Positions 27,751 through 37,408 of a DNA stretch of 64,000 nucleotides are shown one piece after another. The notes below the pieces were generated by a model, which did no database searches, was not told where the DNA came from, and worked only from the letters and a program-made list of their open reading frames with translations. The first letter of the stretch is position 1, and each line of letters begins with the position of its first letter. This DNA is from an uncultured Anaerolineales bacterium (GTDB lineage Bacteria > Chloroflexota > Anaerolineae > Anaerolineales > UBA6663). The DNA is taken from positions 3,249-67,248 of the forward strand of contig CALFZO010000004.1 of assembly GCA_937952305.1 (NCBI GenBank). The letters run 5' to 3'. The translations under genes and the position numbers were made by a program.

Positions 27751-29240
27751 TGAAGCAGAAACTGCTCACCAACGCCGAAATCATCGGCATCCTGCTCATG
27801 GGTTTTGTGGCCCTGATCACGGGCGGCTGGTCCGTGGTCATCCTGGTGGTGCTGCTGGGCGCCCTGGTCGGCGTCAACGTGCCGGCTCAGCCCGGAGCCT
27901 GGCGGCGGGCGGTGCTGCCGGGCCTGATCAGCGCCCTGGCCGTGGTGCTGGTGACCGTCTTCCACAACACCGTCATCGCCGGCTTGCCTAAGCAGGAGCA
28001 CATCCCGCCGGCGTCCACCTCGTTCCTGGTCTACCTCGGGTCACTGGGGCTGGGCACGGCCGTGGCGGTGGGGGTGGCCGCCCTGCGCTCGGCCCCCGAT
28101 CCGCGCGTGCGCCGCTTCGGCCTGCTCGGCCTGCTGCTGGTCTGCGCCGTGGCCTTCCCGTTCTTCGAGCAATACGCCCAGCTCTTCTGGGCGAACGCCA
28201 TCATCGTGGCCATGATCTTCGCCCTGCAGGCGCTGGGCCTGAACATCGTGGCCGGCTACGCCGGCATGCTGGATCTGGGCTACGTCGCCTTCTTCGCCAT
28301 CGGCGGTTACACCATCGCCATGTTGAACTCGCCGCAGTTCAACCTGCAGATCAGCTTCTGGCTGGTGATCTGGATCGCGGCGGCGGCGGCGGCGCTGTTC
28401 GGCCTGCTGCTGGGCGCGCCCGTCATCCCGCTGCGCGGCGACTACCTGGCCATCGTCACCCTGGGCTTCGGCGAGATCGTGCCGATCGTCTTCCGCAACC
28501 TGAACGCCGTTAAGATCGCCGAGCCGCTGAGCGAGCTGGCGGCGCTGGTCTTCGGCCGGCCGGAGCTGGCGCTCTGCCTGGCCGGCTGCGTGGAGCCGCT
28601 CAACATCACCAATGGCACCGACGGCATCAACCCGATCGGCCGGCCGGTCCTGCCGGGCGTGGCCTTCGTCACCGGCCAGTACATCCCCTGGTATTTCCTG
28701 ATCCTGACGCTGCTGGCGGTCTCGGTCTTTTTCATCTCGCGCCTGCGCCGCAGCCGCATGGGCCGGGCCTGGGTGGCCATCCGCGAGGATGAGCTGGCCG
28801 CCAACTCCATGGGCATCGACCTGGTGCGCACCAAGCTGGCGGCCTTCATGCTCGGCGCCATGTTCAGCGGCTTCGCCGGCGCCTTCTACGGCTCGTATGT
28901 CTCGTTCGTCTCGCCGGACGCCTTTGACTTCAGCATTTCGGTCATCGTGCTGTGCATGGTCATCCTGGGCGGCACCGGCAGCATCGTGGGCGTGCTGCTG
29001 GGCGGCTTTATCATCAAAGTGGCCGACCTGCTGCTGCTGGACAAGCTCCAGGTGGTGTTGGGCGGCGTGCTGCAGGCGACGATCTTCCAAGGCATCCAGA
29101 ACCAGGGCATGCAGAACTTCCTGGAGAGCCTGTTCAACGCCAGCCAGTACAAGCTGCTGCTGTTCGGCATCATCCTGGTCACCATGATGCAGTTCCGGCC
29201 GCAAGGTCTGGTGCCGAGCACCACCGAAAGGGGGCACTGA
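27750..29240 (+). CDS. livM: branched-chain amino acid ABC transporter permease (long N-terminal TM extension)
   Basis: LivM-type core GYAGMLDLGYVAFFAIGGY. Its start overlaps the livH stop (TGATG). Confidence 0.88.
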   Translation: MKQKLLTNAEIIGILLMGFVALITGGWSVVILVVLLGALVGVNVPAQPGAWRRAVLPGLISALAVVLVTVFHNTVIAGLPKQEHIPPASTSFLVYLGSLGLGTAVAVGVAALRSAPDPRVRRFGLLGLLLVCAVAFPFFEQYAQLFWANAIIVAMIFALQALGLNIVAGYAGMLDLGYVAFFAIGGYTIAMLNSPQFNLQISFWLVIWIAAAAAALFGLLLGAPVIPLRGDYLAIVTLGFGEIVPIVFRNLNAVKIAEPLSELAALVFGRPELALCLAGCVEPLNITNGTDGINPIGRPVLPGVAFVTGQYIPWYFLILTLLAVSVFFISRLRRSRMGRAWVAIREDELAANSMGIDLVRTKLAAFMLGAMFSGFAGAFYGSYVSFVSPDAFDFSISVIVLCMVILGGTGSIVGVLLGGFIIKVADLLLLDKLQVVLGGVLQATIFQGIQNQGMQNFLESLFNASQYKLLLFGIILVTMMQFRPQGLVPSTTERGH

Positions 29241-29241
29241 C

Positions 29242-30027
29242 ATGGCCCCGCTGCTGGACGTCCGCACCGTCTCCAAGATCTTCGGCGGCCTGGTGGCCGT
29301 CAACGCCGTGGATTTCCACATCGAGTCCGGCATGATCGCGGGCCTGATCGGCCCGAACGGCGCCGGCAAGACCACGCTCTTTAATAACATCACCGGCCTG
29401 TATACGCCCACCAAGGGCGAGATCGTTTTCGCCGGCCAGCGCGTCAGCGGCCTCAAGCCGCACGAGGTGCAGGCCCGCGGCATCGCCCGCACTTTCCAGA
29501 ACATCCGCCTGTTTGGCCAGATGTCGGCGCTGGAAAATATCCTGGTGGGCATGCACAGCCGGCTGAAGGGCAACGTCTTCGAGGCGTTCTTCCGCCCGCC
29601 GCGCGTCCGCCACGAGGAACAGGCGGCCGTGGACAAAGCCCTGGACCTGCTGGACTTCGTGGGGCTGGGCCGCCAGTACGCGGATTGGCCGGCCCGCAAC
29701 CTGCCCTACGGCCTGCAGCGCCGGCTGGAGATCGCCCGCGCCCTGGCCTCCGATCCCAAACTGCTGCTGCTGGATGAGCCCACCGCCGGCATGAACCCGG
29801 CCGAAACGGCCGACCTGACCCAGTTCATCCACCGCCTGCGCAAAGAGCGCGGCCTGACCATCCTGCTGATCGAGCACGACATGCGCGTGGTCATGGGCAT
29901 CTCCGACCGGGTCTCGGTGCTGGACCACGGCGAAAAGATCGCCGAAGGCTCTCCGGGCGAGGTCCAGCGCGACCCGCGGGTGATCGAGGCCTACCTGGGT
30001 AAAGGCACTGCCAGCCAGGGGAAGTAA
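29242..30027 (+). CDS. livG: branched-chain amino acid ABC transporter ATP-binding protein
   Basis: Walker A GPNGAGKTT, signature LPYGLQRRLEIARAL, Walker B LLLLDEP. Confidence 0.92.
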   Translation: MAPLLDVRTVSKIFGGLVAVNAVDFHIESGMIAGLIGPNGAGKTTLFNNITGLYTPTKGEIVFAGQRVSGLKPHEVQARGIARTFQNIRLFGQMSALENILVGMHSRLKGNVFEAFFRPPRVRHEEQAAVDKALDLLDFVGLGRQYADWPARNLPYGLQRRLEIARALASDPKLLLLDEPTAGMNPAETADLTQFIHRLRKERGLTILLIEHDMRVVMGISDRVSVLDHGEKIAEGSPGEVQRDPRVIEAYLGKGTASQGK

Positions 30028-30032
30028 CCACC

Positions 30033-30746
30033 ATGCCGATGCTTGAACTTCAGGACATCCACGCCTACTACGGCAACATCCACGCCCTTAAGGGCATCTC
30101 GCTGACCATCGAGAAGGGCGAGATCGTCACCCTGATCGGCGCCAACGGGGCCGGCAAGACCACCACCCTGCGCACCATTCAAGGCCTGATCCGCCCGCGC
30201 GGCGGTTCGATCAAGCTGGAGGGCGAGGAGTTGACCAAGCTGCCCGCCCACGAGGTCAACCGGCGCGGCATCTGCCAGAGCCCGGAAGGCCGCCTGATCT
30301 TCCCGCGGATGTCGGTCCAGGAGAACCTGGAGATGGGGGCGTTCACGCGCACGGACAAGGACGGCATCGCCCGTGACCTGGAACGTGTCTTCAGCCTGTT
30401 TCCGCGCCTCAAGGAGCGCGTCCGCCAGAAAGGCGGCACCCTTTCCGGCGGCGAGCAGCAGATGCTGGCGATGGCCCGGGCGATGATGGGGAGCCCGCGC
30501 GTCCTGCTGCTGGATGAACCGTCGATGGGTTTGGCGCCGCTGCTGGTGGAGTCGATCTTCGACACGATCCAGGCGCTCAACCAGCAAGGGATCACCATCC
30601 TGTTGGTGGAGCAGAACGCGCGCATGGCCCTGGGCATCGCCCATCGCGGCTATGTGCTGCAGACCGGCGAAATCCGCCTGCAGGGCGATGCCGCCAAACT
30701 GCGCGACGACGAGGAAGTGCGCAAGACCTACCTGGGCGAGGGCTGA
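30033..30746 (+). CDS. livF: branched-chain amino acid ABC transporter ATP-binding protein
   Basis: Walker A GANGAGKTT, signature LSGGEQQMLAMARA, Walker B VLLLDEP. Confidence 0.92.
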   Translation: MPMLELQDIHAYYGNIHALKGISLTIEKGEIVTLIGANGAGKTTTLRTIQGLIRPRGGSIKLEGEELTKLPAHEVNRRGICQSPEGRLIFPRMSVQENLEMGAFTRTDKDGIARDLERVFSLFPRLKERVRQKGGTLSGGEQQMLAMARAMMGSPRVLLLDEPSMGLAPLLVESIFDTIQALNQQGITILLVEQNARMALGIAHRGYVLQTGEIRLQGDAAKLRDDEEVRKTYLGEG

Positions 30747-30860
30747 CGCTGGGCCGCCCTGCGCCGGCAGCGCCGATTACGTCCGGAAAGTCGTCACCCA
30801 CCAGGTTATACGCTATACTAGGTAGTACCCGGACGTGAATTTGGGACCGTCTGGGGCGAG

Positions 30861-31430
30861 GTGTACCAGCGGGGGACTCGGACCCTTATGAACGCGGACA
30901 CGCTGTACGACCGGGCGACTCTCGCCATTCGCACACGCCAACTGGACGAGGCGCGCCGTCTGCTGTTTGAGGCGGTGCGTCTCGACGCGCAGCATGAGCG
31001 CGCCTGGCTGGCGCTGGCGTCCGTGTTAACCGACATGGAGCAGGCCATCGACTGCCTGCGGCGCGTCCTGGCCATCAACCCGGACAACCGCACCGCCCGC
31101 GAATGGCTGGCCCTGGCCCTGCAAGAGCGGGCCCGGCAGGAGGCCGTGGCCGAGCACAACGCCGACCCGGCGCTGGCCGAAATCCCCATTGACGAGCCCG
31201 GCGACGAAGACCGGCCGGTGCCGCGCCTGGGCAAGTATCTCCTGGACTACAAGTTCATCACCGCCGACCAGCTCAAGACCGCCTTGCTGGCCCAGCGCCG
31301 CGACGTGGACGCCGGCCAGGCCCGGCGCCTGGGCGATATCCTCCTCGAGCAGGGTTCCATCACCCGCGACCGCCTGGACTTCGCGCTCCGCGAACAAAAC
31401 CGCAACTTCTACAGCCTGATCGACGAGTGA
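30861..31430 (+). CDS. TPR-repeat protein with C-terminal tandem MshEN/T2SSE_N-like motif (candidate c-di-GMP receptor)
   Basis: The N-terminal TPR reads ...HERAWLALASVL...AINPDNRTAREWL. The C-terminus carries RLGKYLLDYKFITADQLKTALLAQ and RLGDILLEQGSITRDRLDFALREQ. The track start is a GTG, and an alternative ATG lies at 30888. Confidence 0.6.
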   Translation: MYQRGTRTLMNADTLYDRATLAIRTRQLDEARRLLFEAVRLDAQHERAWLALASVLTDMEQAIDCLRRVLAINPDNRTAREWLALALQERARQEAVAEHNADPALAEIPIDEPGDEDRPVPRLGKYLLDYKFITADQLKTALLAQRRDVDAGQARRLGDILLEQGSITRDRLDFALREQNRNFYSLIDE

Positions 31431-31499
31431 TCCGGCGATCCTGCCCGGCGCTGCAACCTACCGGCTCCGTTTACGTAGACCCATTACGGAGGTGCTGCC

Positions 31500-31907
31500 A
31501 TGGCTGACTCGCAGGAAAAACGCAATCTCCTCGGCCCGTATATCCCGCAGGGCAACGTCGTGCGCGAGGTCGTCCAGCAGATCAAGCTGGCCTACAACCT
31601 GATGCTGGACGGACGCGTGCATCCCGTCACCAAGCTCATCCCGGTGGCGGCGGTGCTCTACTTGTTCATGCCCCTGGATGTGCTGCCGGATGTGGTCCTG
31701 GGCCTGGGCCAGCTCGACGACCTGGCCATCGTCACGCTCGGTCTGCGGACGTTCTTTGAGTTCGCGCCGCCCGAGGTGGTGCACGAACACCTCAAGCGCC
31801 TGGCCGAGGGCGTCCGCTGGAATGTCACCGATACGCCGCCGACGGCCCCCGCCAAACCCAAGGACGACGGCGACGTGGTCGAGGGCCAGTATCGCGCCGA
31901 CGAGTAA
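31500..31907 (+). CDS. DUF1232 (YkvA-family) membrane protein
   Basis: The LIPVAAVLYLFMPLDVLPDVVLGLGQLDDLAIV core is typical of DUF1232. Confidence 0.75.
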   Translation: MADSQEKRNLLGPYIPQGNVVREVVQQIKLAYNLMLDGRVHPVTKLIPVAAVLYLFMPLDVLPDVVLGLGQLDDLAIVTLGLRTFFEFAPPEVVHEHLKRLAEGVRWNVTDTPPTAPAKPKDDGDVVEGQYRADE

Positions 31908-31940
31908 ACGGGCCGGGCCTGGATCAAACGCAACGCCGAC

Positions 31941-31968
31941 AGCGGGTCTCCGGACCCGCTTTTTGTTT
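31941..31968 (+). terminator. intrinsic terminator
   Basis: AGCGGGTC-TCCG-GACCCGCT followed by TTTTTGTTT. Confidence 0.8.
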
Positions 31969-32023
31969 GGGGCGCGGCGGCGTGCTACAATTAGATATCC
32001 TAACTATTCGGGGATGGAACTAA

Positions 32024-32470
32024 ATGCCGCAATCGGCCCAAGCCTGCGCCCGCGCCGTGCTGGAGGGCGTGCCCGAAGTGACCCGGGTGATCCGCGCCCA
32101 GATGCGGCAGCACCGGGGGACGGCGCTGAGCGTGCCGCAGTTCCGGACGCTGGTGCTGCTGGAGGCTGAGCCCGGCGCGGCGTTGTCGCGCGTGGCCGAG
32201 CACGTCGGCCTGACCCGGCCGTCCGCGTCGACGCTGGTGGACGGGCTGGTCCAGCGCGCGCTGGTGGCCCGCCAGCCACACCCCACGGACCGCCGCCGGA
32301 TCGCGCTGGCGCTCACCGCGCATGGGCGGACCGTGGTCACGTCCGCGCGCCGGCAGACGCAGGCTTTCCTGGCTGAACACCTGACGGCGCTGTCCGACGG
32401 GCAGCGCGCCACGATCGTCGAGGCCATGCGCCTGCTGAGCCAGGCCTTTGCGTCCACCCCCGCCGCCTGA
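32024..32470 (+). CDS. MarR-family transcriptional regulator
   Basis: Winged-helix pattern [53 protein letters not shown]. Confidence 0.9.
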   Translation: MPQSAQACARAVLEGVPEVTRVIRAQMRQHRGTALSVPQFRTLVLLEAEPGAALSRVAEHVGLTRPSASTLVDGLVQRALVARQPHPTDRRRIALALTAHGRTVVTSARRQTQAFLAEHLTALSDGQRATIVEAMRLLSQAFASTPAA

Positions 32471-32477
32471 CTCCGCC

Positions 32478-33752
32478 ATGGAACGTGAAACCGACCGCGC
32501 TCAGAACCCGGCCTCCGCCGCGCCGGACCGCGCCGCCTTCGGCGCCCCGAAGACGTTTGCGGCTTTGCGGCATGCCAACTACCGCCTGTATTTCGGCGGC
32601 CAACTGGTGTCGGTGGCCGGCACCTGGATGCAGATCGTGGCCCAGGGCTGGCTGGTGTACGAACTGAGCCGGTCCGAGCTGACGCTGGGTCTGGTGGGCT
32701 TCGCCTCGGCCGTGCCGGCGCTGCTGGTGTCGCCGTGGGGCGGGGTGGTGGTGGACCGCGTGCCCAAGCGCGCCCTGCTGGTGGCCACGCAGGCGGCGGC
32801 CATGCTGCTGGCCTTCATCCTGGCCGCCCTGACCTTCACCGGCCTGGTCCAGGTCTGGCACATCCTGGCGCTCTCGGCGGCCCTGGGCGTGGTGAACGCC
32901 TTCGACGGTCCCGGACGCCAGGCCTTCGTCGTCGAGATGGTCGGCCGCGAGGACCTCACCAACGCCATCGCCCTGAACTCGATGATGTTCAACGGCGCGC
33001 GCGTCATCGGCCCGGCCGTGGCCGGCGTGCTGCTGGCCGCCTTCGGCGCCCCGTGGTGCTTCCTGCTGAACGGCCTGTCGTTCCTGGCCGTCATCGCCGG
33101 CCTGCTGGCCATGCGCCTGACGCCGGCCCCCCGCGCCGGGCACGGCGAGCCCCCCTGGCGCCAGCTGCAGGCCGGCCTGGGCTATGTCTATCGCAACGCC
33201 GAGATCTTTGCGCTGCTGCTGCTGGCCCTGATCTTCAGCGTCTTCGGGATCTCCTACGGCGCCATCCTGCCGGCCTTTGTGGACCGCGTCTTGGGCAGCG
33301 GGCCGACGGTGTACGGCACCCTCAACGCCGCCACCGGGCTGGGCGCGGTCTGCGGCGCCTTCGTGGTGGCGCGCTACGGAGACCGCGGCCGGCGCGGGCG
33401 CTGGCTGGCCTGGGCCAACCTGGCCTTTCCGGTGGTGCTGCTGCTGTTCGCCTACACGGCCTATGTGCCGCTGGCGCTGTTCCTGGCCTTCTGGCTCGGC
33501 GTCGGCTTCATGCTGCAGTTCACGCTGATCAACACCCTCCTGCAGACCCGCGTCGCCGACGCTATGCGCGGCCGGGTGCTCAGCCTGTACACGCTGACCT
33601 TCTTCGGGTTCGCGCCGTTCGGCAACCTGGCCATTGGCATCCTGGCCGAGGCTTGGGGCCTGAGCCTGACCATGGGGCTCAGCGCCGGCATCGCCCTACT
33701 GCTGGCCTGCGCCGTGCTGGTGATTGTGCCGCGGCTGCGTCAGCTTCCCTAA
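32478..33752 (+). CDS. MFS transporter (MFS_3/EntS-like efflux type)
   Basis: Twelve-TM profile with [18 protein letters not shown] and [11 protein letters not shown] motifs. The ATG at 32478 (M11 of the track ORF) follows the MarR stop by 7 nt. Confidence 0.85.
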   Translation: MERETDRAQNPASAAPDRAAFGAPKTFAALRHANYRLYFGGQLVSVAGTWMQIVAQGWLVYELSRSELTLGLVGFASAVPALLVSPWGGVVVDRVPKRALLVATQAAAMLLAFILAALTFTGLVQVWHILALSAALGVVNAFDGPGRQAFVVEMVGREDLTNAIALNSMMFNGARVIGPAVAGVLLAAFGAPWCFLLNGLSFLAVIAGLLAMRLTPAPRAGHGEPPWRQLQAGLGYVYRNAEIFALLLLALIFSVFGISYGAILPAFVDRVLGSGPTVYGTLNAATGLGAVCGAFVVARYGDRGRRGRWLAWANLAFPVVLLLFAYTAYVPLALFLAFWLGVGFMLQFTLINTLLQTRVADAMRGRVLSLYTLTFFGFAPFGNLAIGILAEAWGLSLTMGLSAGIALLLACAVLVIVPRLRQLP

Positions 33753-33786
33753 CGCGGCCACTGGCCGGCCGCGCCCCCAAAACGAA

Positions 33787-33814
33787 GCCGCCCGTCCAGA
33801 CCTGGACGGGCGGC
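33787..33814. terminator. bidirectional hairpin terminator between convergent MFS and rimO genes
   Basis: GCCGCCCGTCCA-GACC-TGGACGGGCGGC. The minus-strand side is followed by TTCGTTTTG. Confidence 0.65.
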
Positions 33815-33847
33815 GTTGATTCCTGCCAAAGGCCGACGCGGGTGCGC

Positions 33848-35245
33848 TCAGCCCGCCACGGTGACGTTGGGCGCGCGCGGGGCGCTCACCACCTGGGCCG
33901 GCGTGGTGTCCACGGTGCCCGAGACGTCGTAGGCCATCGCGCCGGAGACGCGCACCGGCACCATTTCACCCACCGGCACCTCGCCGTCCACGATCACCAG
34001 CCCGTCGATCTCCGGCGCGTCGCGGTAGCTGCGGCCCACGCTCAGCCCGTCGCCGTGGCCCTCGATCAGGACCTTGAGCGTCTGGCCGATGAGGGCCTGG
34101 TTCTTCTCCAGGGCGATGCGCTGCTGGAGCGCCATCAACTGGTCGCGGCGCGCCTGCTTCACGGCCTCGGGCACCGGGTCACCCAGGGCGGCCGAAGTGG
34201 TGCCGGGCTCGTACGAGAACGTGAAGGCGCCGATCCGGTCGAAGCGCAGGGCCTGGACGAAGTCGAGCAGGGCCTGGAACTCAGCGTCGGTCTCGCCCGG
34301 GTAGCCGACGATGAACGTGGACCGGATCGCCAGGTCCGGCATGGCCGCGCGCATCTTGGCCAGCGTGCGATGCACCCAGTCCAGGTTGGACGGCCGGCGC
34401 ATGCGGTAGAGCGTGTCTGGGTGGCCGTGCTGGAGCGGGATGTCCAGGTAGTGGGCGATCTGCGGGTGGGCCGCCATCGTCTCGATCAGGCGGTCGGTGA
34501 CGTAGCCCGGGAACGCGTACATCACCCGCAGCCAGTCGATGTCCGGCACGGCGCGCACCAACTCATCCAGCAGCTGGGCCAGCCCGTCTTTCATCCCCAG
34601 GTCGTGGCCGTAGTCGGTGGTGTCCTGGGCGATCAGCAATATCTCGCGCACGCCCCGGTCGCGCAGCGCGCGGGCCTCGTCCAGGATCGCGGCCACTGGG
34701 CGTGAGACGGCCGTGCCCTTGATGAGCGGAATGGCGCAGAACGCGCACGGGCGGCGGCAGCCGTCGGCGATCTTGAGGTAGGCGCTAGCGCCCTGGATGG
34801 CGACGCGGGCCGCGCCGTGTTCGTCTGAGCCGACCACGGCCGCGTTCTCGGGCAGGTGGTAGAGCGGCTCCGGCTGGCCGCGCTCGCGCAGGCGCTGCAC
34901 GAAATCGACGATGTCCATCCAGCGGCGCGTGCCGATCAGGCCGTCCAGCCCCGGCACCCACTTGAGCAGCTCGCCGCCGTAGCGCTGGGACAGGCAGCCG
35001 GCCGCGATCAGCAGCTGGCCGCGCCGTTTGCCGGCGGCCAGCTGGTTGAGAACGTCCACCGACTCCTGTTTAGCCGGGCCGATAAAGCCGCAGGTGTTGA
35101 CGATGAGGACCTCGGCCCGGTCGGGGTCGGGCGTGGCCGCGTAACCGGATTGGCCCAGAAGTTGGGCCATGCTCTCCGAGTCTACCGTATTTTTCGAGCA
35201 GCCCAGGCTGACCAGGTGGAAGTGCTTTGCCTTGATTTTCGCCAT
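33848..35245 (-). CDS. rimO: ribosomal protein S12 methylthiotransferase
   Basis: UPF0004 N-domain LVSLGCSKNTVDSE...VNTCGFI. Radical-SAM CRRPCAFC (Cx3Cx2C). C-terminal TRAM-like domain. Confidence 0.9.
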   Translation of the reverse strand: MAKIKAKHFHLVSLGCSKNTVDSESMAQLLGQSGYAATPDPDRAEVLIVNTCGFIGPAKQESVDVLNQLAAGKRRGQLLIAAGCLSQRYGGELLKWVPGLDGLIGTRRWMDIVDFVQRLRERGQPEPLYHLPENAAVVGSDEHGAARVAIQGASAYLKIADGCRRPCAFCAIPLIKGTAVSRPVAAILDEARALRDRGVREILLIAQDTTDYGHDLGMKDGLAQLLDELVRAVPDIDWLRVMYAFPGYVTDRLIETMAAHPQIAHYLDIPLQHGHPDTLYRMRRPSNLDWVHRTLAKMRAAMPDLAIRSTFIVGYPGETDAEFQALLDFVQALRFDRIGAFTFSYEPGTTSAALGDPVPEAVKQARRDQLMALQQRIALEKNQALIGQTLKVLIEGHGDGLSVGRSYRDAPEIDGLVIVDGEVPVGEMVPVRVSGAMAYDVSGTVDTTPAQVVSAPRAPNVTVAG

Positions 35246-35277
35246 CGTCTGATACCGCGTTTCTACCTATGAATTGA

Positions 35278-36105
35278 TCACGGAGTCGCCGTGGCCGTCG
35301 GCGTGGGCGTGACGGCGCCAGCCAGCGTCCACAGCCGGATGACCACTTCGCCTAAAACGCCCAGCGTGCCCTGGTCCTGGCCGTTGAAGACCACGCGCGT
35401 GCCGCGGCCGTTGCCGGTCCACAGCTCGACGACCGTGTTGCCGACGAACTCGCGCGTCTCACCCGGCGCCATCTGGCCGACGAAAGTCTCGGCTCCGTCC
35501 ACCAGCGCGCGCAGCCACAGCCGCTGCTCGGCGCGGACCACCACGTTGACGCCGACGTAGTTGGGCCGCGGCGTCGGCAGCGCGGCGGTGGGGCTGGCGG
35601 CCACGGTCGGCGTCGCGCTGGGCAGAGCCGTCGCCGGCGTCCCCGCCACGCTGACGGCCGCGCGGGTGGCGGTGGGTGTGGCGGGGGCGGCCAGGGAGGC
35701 CCAGAGTTGCAGGGCGCCCCAGATCAGCACCACTGCCACCAGGGCCGTTACCAGCACCCCGACAACCAGGTCGCGCGTGAAGATGCGGCGCCAGCCGCCG
35801 CGGACGGGCGGCCGGCCGTTCTGGGCGGCGGCCGGCCGCGGCGCGGCCCGCCCATTGCCCACCGGACGGGCGCGGCTGCGCGACGGCGTGAGGCCGGCCA
35901 GAAGCGCGTCCGCGTCCAGGTCCAGGTATTCGGCGTAGTTGCGCAGGAAGCCGCGGGCCTGGGTCAAGGACGCGAAGGCCGCGAAATCCTCGGCCTCCAG
36001 CGCGGCCAAGAGCTTGGCCCGGATGCGCGTCTGGCGCTCGGCGTCTTCCAGAGTGACGCCGCGCGCTTCGCGCGCCCCCCGCAGTTGCTCCCCGATGCTG
36101 TCCAT
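35278..36105 (-). CDS. RodZ-like cytoskeleton/HTH protein (XRE HTH plus TM plus DUF4115-like C-terminus)
   Basis: IGEQLRGAREARGVTLEDAERQTRIRAKLLAALE..., GFLRNYAEYLDLD, one TM segment, and a beta-rich C-terminus. Confidence 0.75.
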   Translation of the reverse strand: MDSIGEQLRGAREARGVTLEDAERQTRIRAKLLAALEAEDFAAFASLTQARGFLRNYAEYLDLDADALLAGLTPSRSRARPVGNGRAAPRPAAAQNGRPPVRGGWRRIFTRDLVVGVLVTALVAVVLIWGALQLWASLAAPATPTATRAAVSVAGTPATALPSATPTVAASPTAALPTPRPNYVGVNVVVRAEQRLWLRALVDGAETFVGQMAPGETREFVGNTVVELWTGNGRGTRVVFNGQDQGTLGVLGEVVIRLWTLAGAVTPTPTATATP

Positions 36106-36124
36106 GCGGGCCTACGAGTGCTCA

Positions 36125-36167
36125 GACAACAAAGCCATCGGCTTGGCGCAAGGCAGGCCGATGGCTT
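36125..36167 (-). terminator. hairpin terminator downstream of rplI
   Basis: The minus strand reads AAGCCATCGGC-N14-GCCGATGGCTT followed by TGTTGTCTG. The U-tract is modest. Confidence 0.5.
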
Positions 36168-36202
36168 CGCGTTGGTCTGGGCGGGATGTCTGGGTGGCGG
36201 GA

Positions 36203-36748
36203 TCAGGCGGCGGGCGTCTCCGCCGGGGCAGCGGCGGCCTCGGCCGGCTCGGCCGCCGTTTCAGCCGGGGCTGGGGCCGGGGCGGCCGCCGTCTTGATCG
36301 CCTCGCCTTCGCGGTAGATGATCACCTTAACGGACGGGATCAGGTCGGTGGTCAGGCGCACCGGCACCTGGTGCTCGCCCAGCTCGCGCAGCGGCTGATG
36401 GCCGACATTGCGCCGGTCGATCTCCAGGCCGGAGACTTCCTTGATCTTGGCCGCCACCTGGGCGGACGTGATGGAGCCGTACAGCTTGCCGGTCTCACCG
36501 GCCTTGGCCGGGAAGGTCAGCGTCAGGGCCTTGAGGGCGTCGGCCACGCCCTGCATCTCGGCGTTGAGTTTGGCGCGCGAGATCGTGGCGTTCTGGCGCA
36601 GCGTTTCGGCCTGCTTCAGCGCCGACGGCGTGGCCAGCACGGCCAGCCGCTGTGGGAGCAGGAAATTGCGGCCATAGCCGTCGGCAACCTTCTTCACTTC
36701 GCCGGCGTGGCCGAGCTTATACACGTCTTTGATCAGCAATACACGCAT
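36203..36748 (-). CDS. rplI: 50S ribosomal protein L9 with Ala/Pro/Glu-rich C-terminal tail
   Basis: MRVLLIKDVYKLGHAGEVKKVADGYGRNFLLPQRLA is a canonical L9 N-domain. The C-terminal ~35 aa are low complexity (AAAPAPAPAETAAEPAEAAAAPAETPAA). Confidence 0.93.
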   Translation of the reverse strand: MRVLLIKDVYKLGHAGEVKKVADGYGRNFLLPQRLAVLATPSALKQAETLRQNATISRAKLNAEMQGVADALKALTLTFPAKAGETGKLYGSITSAQVAAKIKEVSGLEIDRRNVGHQPLRELGEHQVPVRLTTDLIPSVKVIIYREGEAIKTAAAPAPAPAETAAEPAEAAAAPAETPAA

Positions 36749-36864
36749 GGAGTCAAGCCCTGTCCTTTCTTTGGCGGGACGGCCCGTCTGGCCGCCCGGG
36801 GTGGGGCGAAGGGTACAACGCCCCGATGCAGTTGGCGCGCGGCTGCGGGAGGGCAGGCCGGCGT

Positions 36865-36888
36865 GAAAACTCCCGCTGGCTGCGGGAG
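36865..36888 (-). terminator. hairpin plus U-tract after the GNAT gene, in the rplI leader
   Basis: The minus strand reads CTCCCGC-AGCCA-GCGGGAG-TTTTCAC. It is preceded by an extended -10-like TGTTAGAAT (36904-36896). Confidence 0.5.
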
Positions 36889-36931
36889 AGTTGAGATTCT
36901 AACAAAGAGCGGCGGTTACGGCAAGAGCCGG

Positions 36932-37408
36932 TCAGGCGCGGCGCTTCTCCATCACCACGCCGTCTTCGCCGCCGGAGTAATAGCGCGCGATCTGGCTCAC
37001 CGGCCGGTACCCGAACTCGCGGTAGAGCGCCTGGGCGGGCATGTTGGACACGCGCACGGTCAGCTTGAGCACGGGCTGGGCCAGGCGCGCCTCGACGGCG
37101 GCCAGCAGGCGGCGCCCGATGCCCTGGCGCTGGAATTGGGGGTGGACGCCGATGGTGGCGATCCAGCCCTCCTGCTCCGCCGGGCGCGTCTCGCCGATGG
37201 CGAAGCCGACCAGGCGCTCGGCGGTCCGGCCGGGCGCGGCCGGGTTGGCGGCTACCACCTTGAGCCGGATGCTCGGGCTGAGCAGCGCGAACGAGAGTTC
37301 AAGCAGGCCCCAGGCGTCCGCGCCGAAACAGGCCCGTTCCAGCTCCCGCACGGCGAACAGGTCCCGCCAGGTGGCCGGGCAGATGTCGATCTGGGGAAGC
37401 GCATTCAT
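36932..37408 (-). CDS. GNAT-family N-acetyltransferase (RimI-like)
   Basis: Acetyl-CoA motif VHPQFQRQGIGRRLL at ~158 aa. The RimI assignment is by resemblance only. Confidence 0.8.
   Translation of the reverse strand: MNALPQIDICPATWRDLFAVRELERACFGADAWGLLELSFALLSPSIRLKVVAANPAAPGRTAERLVGFAIGETRPAEQEGWIATIGVHPQFQRQGIGRRLLAAVEARLAQPVLKLTVRVSNMPAQALYREFGYRPVSQIARYYSGGEDGVVMEKRRA

Noticed and set aside
28041-29699. 552-aa minus-strand ORF over livM/livG
   Set aside because: It is antisense to clear LivM and LivG (Walker A/B) genes, and its translation is dominated by Arg/Gln/Asp/Gly runs.
31985-32010. Shared CTACAATTAG string at 31987 and 56969 as a repeat or operator
   Set aside because: It is only a 10-mer. 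In both places it is best read as a TACAAT -10 box upstream of a gene (MarR, galE). That is insufficient to call a regulatory motif.
32735-34705. 656-aa plus-strand ORF running through the MFS gene (off-frame) and rimO (antisense)
   Set aside because: It crosses a convergent terminator hairpin and two well-supported genes. Its Arg/Pro/Gly-rich translation is not protein-like.
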